DNA from: an uncultured Patescibacteria group bacterium
Lineage (GTDB): Bacteria; Patescibacteriota; Patescibacteriia; UBA2591; CALHIP01
Assembly: GCA_938030745.1 (NCBI GenBank)
Contig: CALHIP010000008.1
Span: 2,297-66,296 of the forward strand
Reading direction: 5' to 3'
DNA: 64,000 bases
Within the stretch, counting starts at the first letter, position 1. The number at the start of each line of letters is the position of its first letter. Below the pieces are notes generated by a model. The model saw nothing but the letters and a program-made list of their open reading frames with translations. It did not search any database and was not told the origin of the DNA. Of the stretch, positions 56,812 to 64,000 are shown in pieces. A program made the translations under genes and the position numbers.

Positions 56812-59393
56812 AAATTTTTTTGTTTAAATATTAATTTACCAAATTCAATTAGAATTAAATTAATCAATCCTAAATCAATTAAGATTAACCAATCAGAAAA
56901 ATTCAAAGCTACTGTTTTTAAAAATTTTTGGAAAATTGGTAAATAGATAGCAATTAAAAACATCAATCCTCCAAAAATAACACTTAAATTTAAAAATAAA
57001 TTATCAAACGGATTATATTCCCAAATATTCTTTTTTAAATTTTTACAACCAAAAACATAAAAAAGGGTTGCTATACCTAAACCAACAAAAATCATTGTTC
57101 TCACATAAAATATATCTTTAGTTGTCTGCCAAAGAAATAAAAAGAGAGCTAATAGAATCAAATTAGTGAAAATACCAATAATGAAAATCATAAATCTCAT
57201 TTGTTTATCTAAGATTGGCACATCTAAACCTCTCGGTTTTTCTTTCATTAATTCTTCCGATGTTTTTTCATAGGCTAAAGCCATGGCAGGTGGCCCATCT
57301 TGAATAATATTAACCCATAAAATTTGGGCTGGTAAAACTGGCAGGGGCAAACCTAAAATTAAACTTGTTCCAACTAAAATTACCTCTGTAAAACTTGAAG
57401 CCATTAAATAAAGAACAATTTTTTTAATATTATCAAAAATCCCTCGACCTTCTTTAATTGCTTCAACAATAGTTTTAAAATTATCATCTAAAAGAACCAT
57501 ATCAGCGGTCTCTTTTGTTACATTAGTCCCTGAAGCTAAAGAAATGCCAATATCAGCTGATTTAATAGCTGGTGCATCGTTAATCCCATCACCAGTCATT
57601 GCGACAACTTCTTTTTTTGCTTGTAAAATATCAACGATTCTAATTTTATGTCTTGGCTCAACTCGAGCAAAAATATTAATTTTATTTATTTTCTTGGTCA
57701 TTTCTTCGTCAGTTAATTTATCAAGATCTTTTCCTTCTAAAATCTCTTTGTTAGTTAAGCCAATTTCTTTAGCAATCGTTTCAGTTGTTAATTTATGATC
57801 ACCGCTAACAATAATTGGTCTAATGCCTGCTTTTTGGCATTCTTTAATTGTTTCTTTTGCTTCTTTTCTTAAAGGATCTTTTAAAACAATAAGGCCGACA
57901 AAAACCAAATTATTAATATCTTCAAACGAAAGATTTAAAACTGTGGATTCAAAATTTTTATAAGCAAAAGCTAAAATTCTTAAACCACTTCTTGTTAATT
58001 CTAAATATCTTTTTTCTATTTCTTGATATATATCTTTAGTTAATTCTATTTCGCCTTTTTCTGTTTTAATATAACTTGACATTTTTAATATTCTTTCTGG
58101 TGCTCCTTTGACAAAAATAATTTTTGAATTTTTTGTTTTATGGAGGGTTGCCATCCACATTCTTTCTGAATCGAAAGGAATTTCGTCAAGGCGAGGAAAA
58201 TTTTGCTGATTTTTTTTATAATCTAAACCAAATTTTACGGCTGATAAAAGAATTGCTTTCTCTGTCTCATCACCGTGAAGAATCCAATTTTCTATTTTTT
58301 CATCAGGATTTTCAACGATGACATTGTTACAAAGTAAACCAATTTTTAAAACCAGGTCTTTAAAATTATTAAAAGTAATAATTTCAGAAACACTCATTTT
58401 CCCTTCAGTAAGAGTTCCAGTCTTGTCCATACAAATAGTTGTCACTGAGCCTAAAGTTTCAGTAGCAATTAATTTTCTTATTAAAGCCTTCTTTTTTAAT
58501 ATTCTTTGCATACCAATAGCCAGACAAACAGTAATAGCAATCACCAATCCTTCTGGGACGCCAGCGACTATTACTGCTATTGAGGTTAAAAGTATTTCTA
58601 AAAATGGTCGGCCTGTGGTTAGGCCAATAAAAAAAATAAACAAAGCTAAAATAATAATTACTGAACCAATGATTTTAGCTAAATTTTCTATCTTTTTTTG
58701 AAGTGGTGTTTTCTCTTCCTTTGTTTCTTTAATTAAAGTAGCAATTTTGCCAAATTCAGTTTTTAAACCAGTATTAACCACTACTGCTAATCCTTTCCCT
58801 CGACTGACAATTGTTCCAGCATAGACCATATTTTCTCGATCAGCTAAAGGTGTGTCTTTTGGTAAAATATCTATTTTTTTATCTGAAGGTCTTGATTCAC
58901 CGGTTAAAACTGATTCTATAGTTTGTAAATTATGACTTTTAATCACTCTGGCATCGGCTAAAACTATATCTCCTGCTTCTAAAATAACAATATCACCAGG
59001 AACAAGATTTTCAGCTGAAGTAAGAGATTGTTCATTGTTTCTAATCACTTTTGCTTTATACTCAACCATTTTTCTTAATTGATGAATTGCTCTTTCTGCT
59101 TTTTCTTCTTGCCAATAACCAATTAAAGTATTTAAAAAAACTGCCATTAAAATGACAGTTAAATCTTTAATTTCTTTTAAAATTAAACAGAAGAAGCCGG
59201 CAATGATTAAAATAATAATTAATGGATTTTTAAATTGAGAGAAAAAAATAATTAATTTTTCTGCTCTTTTCGGCTCTGGTAATTTATTAAAACCATATTT
59301 TTGAAGTCTTTTTTTTACCTCTTCAGGAGTAAGACCATTTTCATTAGTCTCTAATTTTTGAAAGACTTCTTCTTTACTTAAGGAATGCCACAT
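56808..59393 (-). CDS. P-type cation-transporting ATPase (P2-type, Ca2+/Mg2+ ATPase-like)
   Basis: DKTGTLT phosphorylation motif, TGES, MTGDGINDAPA, 861 aa with about 10 TM helices. Confidence 0.85.
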   Translation of the reverse strand: MWHSLSKEEVFQKLETNENGLTPEEVKKRLQKYGFNKLPEPKRAEKLIIFFSQFKNPLIIILIIAGFFCLILKEIKDLTVILMAVFLNTLIGYWQEEKAERAIHQLRKMVEYKAKVIRNNEQSLTSAENLVPGDIVILEAGDIVLADARVIKSHNLQTIESVLTGESRPSDKKIDILPKDTPLADRENMVYAGTIVSRGKGLAVVVNTGLKTEFGKIATLIKETKEEKTPLQKKIENLAKIIGSVIIILALFIFFIGLTTGRPFLEILLTSIAVIVAGVPEGLVIAITVCLAIGMQRILKKKALIRKLIATETLGSVTTICMDKTGTLTEGKMSVSEIITFNNFKDLVLKIGLLCNNVIVENPDEKIENWILHGDETEKAILLSAVKFGLDYKKNQQNFPRLDEIPFDSERMWMATLHKTKNSKIIFVKGAPERILKMSSYIKTEKGEIELTKDIYQEIEKRYLELTRSGLRILAFAYKNFESTVLNLSFEDINNLVFVGLIVLKDPLRKEAKETIKECQKAGIRPIIVSGDHKLTTETIAKEIGLTNKEILEGKDLDKLTDEEMTKKINKINIFARVEPRHKIRIVDILQAKKEVVAMTGDGINDAPAIKSADIGISLASGTNVTKETADMVLLDDNFKTIVEAIKEGRGIFDNIKKIVLYLMASSFTEVILVGTSLILGLPLPVLPAQILWVNIIQDGPPAMALAYEKTSEELMKEKPRGLDVPILDKQMRFMIFIIGIFTNLILLALFLFLWQTTKDIFYVRTMIFVGLGIATLFYVFGCKNLKKNIWEYNPFDNLFLNLSVIFGGLMFLIAIYLPIFQKFLKTVALNFSDWLILIDLGLINLILIEFGKLIFKQKNL

Positions 59394-59537
59394 AAAGAAT
59401 CAAATGAAGTAAATGATAAAGATTGTATTATTATATTCTTTTTTTAAAAAATAAACAAGTCTTTTTTAAATCTCTGTCAATGTGTTAACACGCTGGATTA
59501 GAAAATATAGATTGTTAAAGAAATATAAAGACTAACT

Positions 59538-60476
59538 TCATTTTTTAGTTATAAGAACTTTTTTTCTTAAAAGATAGAGAATAAAAAACACAATTAAAAA
59601 GATAATTAGAGTAATGATTAGATCTAACCAATTTTTTTGGGTTTTAGGAGGTAATATTTCAATTCTTTGATTGCCAGCTTTATCAATAGCTTTTACCTTG
59701 ATAAAACTTTTTAAAGTTTGATCAGCTAATAAATAAGGACTTTCTGCTCTTTGCCAATTTTCTTTATCTTTATTTTTTGTTTCTGAAACTTCATAGTGAT
59801 CAATGCCAGTTTGTTTGTCAGTAGTAAAAAAGACAATAAAGTATTTTCCATCAAAAATAGAAGGATCATTTTGGATTTTAATTTCAAATGACTCTGGTGG
59901 AATTTTGTCTTTTTCTAATTCTTCTTGCCATTCATTTTTTACTATCAAAGGTTTATCCTCTGAAATGTTAATTAAAGCAGATTTTAGGGTTAATTTTGTT
60001 GGTGTACCTAAACCATCGTTTAAAAGAACTTGACTTGTTTCTAAGAATTCTATTTTGCCAGATCCTTTTATAATATCTTTGCTTTTGAAAATAATTTTTG
60101 CTAACAAATTGCTTTTCCCAGGATCGCCAGGAATTTGGCCAGTATAACCACCGATAATACCGCCAGCAAAAGAAATAGTTCCTTCATCTCGATTGATTAT
60201 TGGCTGATGCGGAATGACTGTTAAAATAGAATTACCAAAACTTAAATCAATAACTTCTAATAAATCTTTAGGATATTTCAAATTAACTTCAACAACATTG
60301 ATATTCTCATTTGGTTCTAAATCTATCCTATTTTCAAGAACAAATATCTCGCCCACTTTATATTCAGCCATTGATGGTTCTAAATATAAAATAGCTGCCT
60401 GACAAGAATTGAAAATCAAAAATGAAAAAGCTAAAATACAAATCAAAAATGTAAAAAATTTTTCTTCTCTCTTCAT
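59538..60476 (-). CDS. membrane-anchored surface protein with cohesin-like domain
   Basis: Signal peptide, C-terminal TM anchor plus basic tail; the central roughly 140 aa has the alternating beta-strand pattern of cohesin modules (NVVEVNLKYPKDLLEVIDLSFG...ISFAGGIIG...LAKIIFKSKDIIKGSGKIEF). Confidence 0.4.
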   Translation of the reverse strand: MKREEKFFTFLICILAFSFLIFNSCQAAILYLEPSMAEYKVGEIFVLENRIDLEPNENINVVEVNLKYPKDLLEVIDLSFGNSILTVIPHQPIINRDEGTISFAGGIIGGYTGQIPGDPGKSNLLAKIIFKSKDIIKGSGKIEFLETSQVLLNDGLGTPTKLTLKSALINISEDKPLIVKNEWQEELEKDKIPPESFEIKIQNDPSIFDGKYFIVFFTTDKQTGIDHYEVSETKNKDKENWQRAESPYLLADQTLKSFIKVKAIDKAGNQRIEILPPKTQKNWLDLIITLIIFLIVFFILYLLRKKVLITKK

Positions 60477-60519
60477 TTTTTTGTTTTTAAAATTTTGTTT
60501 TGGTAGATGAAATGTGTGT

Positions 60520-61581
60520 TTACCCTGTCCAGTAATATAGCAAAATACTTAAATCTGTATAATTGACCTTGCCATCACCATTTAGATCAGCGCGTGGATT
60601 TTTTGGTTTGCCCCAGTTATAAAGTAAGATTGAGACATCAACAAAATTAATTGTATTTCGATCCTTTTTATCAAAATCACAGTTTAGATTGGCTTTATGG
60701 CATTTTTCAGTTGGTGGTGGTTTAGTCGGTAATTCTTCTAAAACTTGGAAAGACAATGTCTTAGAAAAATCAGTAATTAAACCATTTGGAGCTTGTGCCT
60801 TACTTTTGACTGAATGTTGGCCAATTTCCAATGGTGTCGTATCTAAATTATAAAAATAAGCGCCGACTAAATCGGCCTTAGTTTTTTTAATTAAAGGTTC
60901 AGTTGGAGAATAAACATAAATGATAATTTCAGATTGAGGAGCAGTCTGGCCCAAAATACCAAGTGTTTCACCTTTTTTAACTCGATCAGTTGTTAAATCA
61001 ATAGTTGGTGGCAAAAAAATGTTAGAAATAGTTGTTGTTACTCCAGCAGTAATAGTCACAGTAAAACTAAAAGTTTGTGATCTTCTGCCTTTGTTATCTT
61101 CAGCCCATAAACTAAAAGTCCAAACTCCGGCTGTAAGATTTGTTAATTCTATTTTAAAACTTGCACCTGGATCAGCAATTGTTGAACCAGCTACTACACC
61201 ATCTTTTAGTACTGTAACATTAGCCATTGGGTAAGCCATCCCTTGAATAATAACTCTAGTTTCAGCTGGTGGTGGAACATAAACACCTCCGCCACCTCCT
61301 CCACCGCCACTGTAACAGCCAGAGGTATCAAAGAGACAACCAGATGTACATCTTAATGTCCCTCCGCTATAACCTAAACTCTGACAAGTTGCTCCACCTA
61401 AATCAGTTCTATCGCATTGTTCTCCTTCTTCTTTAACATTATTGCCACAAACACTTATTTTAATTGTAGCCCAAATTGTGGCATTTTGAGCTTTTACATT
61501 ATAAAAATGATTAAAGGTTAGTCCAGCTAAAATAATCAAAAACAAAAAAATAGAAAGCCTTTTTTCGCTCTTTATTTTCAT
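60520..61581 (-). CDS. secreted protein with Gly-rich linker, Ig-like beta domain and C-terminal dockerin-like module
   Basis: Signal peptide; Cys-rich N-domain; GGGGGGGG linker; C-terminus DLNGDGKVNYTDLSILLYYW plus INFVDVSILLYNWGK resembles the duplicated Ca-binding dockerin repeat. Confidence 0.5.
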   Translation of the reverse strand: MKIKSEKRLSIFLFLIILAGLTFNHFYNVKAQNATIWATIKISVCGNNVKEEGEQCDRTDLGGATCQSLGYSGGTLRCTSGCLFDTSGCYSGGGGGGGGVYVPPPAETRVIIQGMAYPMANVTVLKDGVVAGSTIADPGASFKIELTNLTAGVWTFSLWAEDNKGRRSQTFSFTVTITAGVTTTISNIFLPPTIDLTTDRVKKGETLGILGQTAPQSEIIIYVYSPTEPLIKKTKADLVGAYFYNLDTTPLEIGQHSVKSKAQAPNGLITDFSKTLSFQVLEELPTKPPPTEKCHKANLNCDFDKKDRNTINFVDVSILLYNWGKPKNPRADLNGDGKVNYTDLSILLYYWTG

Positions 61582-61600
61582 TTTTGTTTAAATTTAAAAT

Positions 61601-62218
61601 CTACTTTTTCCTAATTCCAATTTGCAGTGTAAAAAATTTTCGAAAAATTGCAATAATAATTGCCACAACTAACATTCCTAAAACAATCTGGCACCACGGA
61701 GAGTACATTACCCACAAAGAAAGAATTCGATAATAAATTCCTTCAAAAATATTAGCTGGAGCAACTGTAAAATATAGTTTAGCTGCTGCTGCTACACCAA
61801 CTGATGTTTGACCGGTTACTGATTTTTTTATTGGATGCCCTTCTAAATAAACAAAATAATTTCCAGGTTTTACTCCTTTTAAAGGTAGGCTCAATTTAAT
61901 TTGAACTTGCTGAACCTGGCCTGGTTTTAAATAAAAAGTTGATGGCTCAAAAGAAAACCATTCTTTTTTTGGTTTTAGTCCCATCTCTGGATTGGTTTCC
62001 TGTCCTTCATGATATTCAACAGAAACTCCGTATTCGCCTGGTTCATCGCCAGTGTTTAGAACTGGTAAAGAAGGTAAGGTATAAATTAATCCTGGCTTTA
62101 ATGGTTGATCAACTACGATCTTTCCTATTCCTACACCAACACCTATTTTCGCTAATACTAGAATGGGCAAAAAAAGTATTAAACAAACAATCAAACCACT
62201 GGCTTGGGCTTTTCTCAT
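61601..62218 (-). CDS. hypothetical surface protein with N-terminal signal/TM and C-terminal TM anchor
   Basis: 205 aa; hydrophobic N-terminus; beta-rich middle; C-terminal TM (IVLGMLVVAIIIAIF) followed by basic residues. Confidence 0.35.
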   Translation of the reverse strand: MRKAQASGLIVCLILFLPILVLAKIGVGVGIGKIVVDQPLKPGLIYTLPSLPVLNTGDEPGEYGVSVEYHEGQETNPEMGLKPKKEWFSFEPSTFYLKPGQVQQVQIKLSLPLKGVKPGNYFVYLEGHPIKKSVTGQTSVGVAAAAKLYFTVAPANIFEGIYYRILSLWVMYSPWCQIVLGMLVVAIIIAIFRKFFTLQIGIRKK

Positions 62219-62266
62219 ATACTAAATTTTAATTGCAAGTTAATTCTAGTTTTTATTTATTAGTTA

Positions 62267-62782
62267 CTAGCTAGCAGCCTCAGCCATAATAGTCACATCA
62301 ACTTGCTGTTCGGTATAGTATTGAGTAGCAGTGGGTGTGCCAAGCCTTAACTGAATTTCAACTGTACCATTAACAGGAATATTTGTATCCAATGTCTGAT
62401 AAGAAGTTGTCAAAGCTGTATAATTTGTTGGTGGATTTGAACAATCATAATCTGTGTCATTACAGAATTGATGAGTATATTGTTCATTACCAGGTGTTGA
62501 AGCCAAAGTCCAGTTAGCAGAGTTCTGACCTTTAATTTTAAAATTCTCAATCACATTACCATTATTAGTAGCAGTTTGCATCGCATTTAAATCTAAAGTG
62601 CTTTTCCAACTATTAAGCGGCATTGTTCCATATTCAACTCTTCCAGGATCAACTGAAACTGAAATATTCTGGGCTGTAACTGTAGCTTCTATTGTGGCTG
62701 TATCTGCTGCTTTTACCGTGATTGTCCCTATTGCTAAGCCAACTAAAGCAATTACTATTATTAAAGAAATTAGGCTTTTCAT
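62267..62782 (-). CDS. secreted beta-rich protein, paralog family A (WxL-like motif)
   Basis: Signal peptide with VKA/AD cleavage site; C-terminal roughly 110 aa shared with the next gene (FCNDTDYDCSNPPTNYTALTTSYQTLDTNIP); contains NWTLASTP. Confidence 0.4.
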   Translation of the reverse strand: MKSLISLIIVIALVGLAIGTITVKAADTATIEATVTAQNISVSVDPGRVEYGTMPLNSWKSTLDLNAMQTATNNGNVIENFKIKGQNSANWTLASTPGNEQYTHQFCNDTDYDCSNPPTNYTALTTSYQTLDTNIPVNGTVEIQLRLGTPTATQYYTEQQVDVTIMAEAAS

Positions 62783-62899
62783 ACTCTTTTTTTATAACTT
62801 TTTAATAAACTTAAAATTCGACCTTTAACTAAAGTAATTATAGCATAGATTATTAGTCAAGTACAGAATAGTTATCCACAAATATAATTTAATAATTTA

Positions 62900-63999
62900 T
62901 TACTGTACTGCTTGGATTGTTACATCAACTGATTGCTGACCAAAACAACTTGATTCAGTTGGAGTAGTTATTTGAAGTTGAATATCAACAGTACCACCTG
63001 GAGGAATATTTGTATCCAATGTCTGATAAGAAGTTGTCAGAGCTGTATAGTTTGTTGGTGGATCTGAACAATCATAATCTGTGTCATTACAAAATCGATG
63101 AATATACTGATCAACACCATTTTCTGAAGCCAATGTCCAGGTACAACCACCACCAGTAGCATTTTGTCCTTTAATATTTAAATTTACAGTCACATTGCCA
63201 TCATTAGTCACAGTTTGCATATCTCCATTCGGCGGCATATCACTAGGTAAGGTACTTTTTGAAGTATTGGCAGGCATAATACCGTACTCGACTCGTCCAT
63301 CAGAAACAAAGATTGAAATTAAAGCCATACTAGATTCCAACCACTCAATATCAAATCTAAATCTTACATTAGTATCACCAGCTGCTTGTTCTTGATAAAG
63401 AGCAATTCCTTCGCCAGGCTGTAAAATTAATTCGTCACCAAAGAAAATTTCAATTTCGTAATCACCGTAAGATTGATTGGCCGCACCAGGAACTGTCACT
63501 CCCAAAAACCGAGAATCAATAGTGCCAGCAAAATTAACTGTTACTCCACTAATTCTTATTTCAGCTGTTGAAGTTCCAGTACCAGTATGTTTTTTAGGAA
63601 TATCAGCATTTGAAATTTGTGTTCCGCCCAATGCTGAAGTTATTTTTCTTAAAGTTGCTGGAATATAACCTGGTGCAGTTAAGGTTCCAAATCTATCTGC
63701 TCTAATTCCTATTCTTTTGACAACATAATTTTTATTTGAATTTGAAGGATTAAATAAAGTAGCGTAAACATAATTAGCGCTTAAAGAACCATCAACAGGA
63801 CCAATTGTCATTAAATATTCTCCTTGAGAATTTGGAGTATTGGCTTGATTTACTTCTTGCCACTCAATTAAAATTTTGACCCTTAAATTACCACTGCCTG
63901 AAGCTGTGTCATGATGCAAAACAATTCCCTCTCCAGGTTGTAAAATAATTCTTTCATCATTGGCAAACAAAAGCTCTCGATAACCAGTTAAAGAAGGTG
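62900..63999 (-). CDS. secreted beta-rich protein, paralog family A, larger member; 5'-partial (reading frame open to the window edge)
   Basis: The ORF start at 63970 is a TTG, and the frame stays open to position 64000, so the gene likely begins outside the window. Internal tandem domain repeats (LQPGEGIVLHHD... twice) precede a C-terminal domain about 90% nt-identical over about 100 nt to the 62267..62782 gene. Confidence 0.4.
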   Translation of the reverse strand, partial: PSLTGYRELLFANDERIILQPGEGIVLHHDTASGSGNLRVKILIEWQEVNQANTPNSQGEYLMTIGPVDGSLSANYVYATLFNPSNSNKNYVVKRIGIRADRFGTLTAPGYIPATLRKITSALGGTQISNADIPKKHTGTGTSTAEIRISGVTVNFAGTIDSRFLGVTVPGAANQSYGDYEIEIFFGDELILQPGEGIALYQEQAAGDTNVRFRFDIEWLESSMALISIFVSDGRVEYGIMPANTSKSTLPSDMPPNGDMQTVTNDGNVTVNLNIKGQNATGGGCTWTLASENGVDQYIHRFCNDTDYDCSDPPTNYTALTTSYQTLDTNIPPGGTVDIQLQITTPTESSCFGQQSVDVTIQAVQ

Positions 64000-64000
64000 C

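Overview
This is an AT-rich (about 30% GC by eye) bacterial chromosomal window, densely packed with genes and read in the standard genetic code. The gene content suggests a Candidate Phyla Radiation (Patescibacteria)-like organism, but this is inference only. The pointers are a short DnaX, a PilT gene plus a TrwB/VirD4-like coupling ATPase, a cohesin/dockerin pair, many small lysine-rich hypothetical proteins, and promoters that abut start codons.

I call about 65 CDS. They include tpiA, fba, dnaX, priA, clpB, gltX, serS, lysS, argS, greA, fmt, miaA, gatB, tmk, thyX, metK, rnhA, a P-type ATPase and pilT. Two cell-wall gene groups are present: mraZ-rsmH-ftsL-ftsI-murF, and alr-ddl-ddl-ftsQ. RNA genes are six tRNAs (Thr-GGT, Tyr-GTA, Thr-TGT, Trp-CCA, Gln-CTG, Glu-CTC) and RNase P RNA on the minus strand, plus the rpmG and rpmA ribosomal protein genes. 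There is no CRISPR array and no rRNA.

The main findings are:
- **Tandem ddl paralogs.** The downstream copy carries Cys and Phe where E. coli DdlB has Ser150 and Tyr216, a classic D-Ala-D-lactate ligase signature. It sits in a segment flanked by two copies of a ~45-nt repeat, with a tyrosine recombinase gene, DnaA-box-like iterons and a GC-richer orphan small ORF.
- **clpB promoter.** A consensus sigma70 promoter is overlapped by a CIRCE (HrcA operator), and the resulting mRNA is leaderless.
- **TTATCCACA motif.** This DnaA-box-like 9-mer recurs in intergenic regions, including an MraZ-operator-like array upstream of mraZ.
- **PriA.** The homologue appears to have lost the Walker A motif and motif VI.
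- **Surface-protein island (59.5-64 kb).** It holds a cohesin-like anchor, a dockerin protein and recently duplicated secreted paralogs with a WxL-like motif.
- **Smaller items.** A structured intergenic RNA element lies between argS and a zinc-ribbon ORF, a heptanucleotide repeat sits inside a glycosyltransferase gene, and thyX is a tandem double-domain gene.
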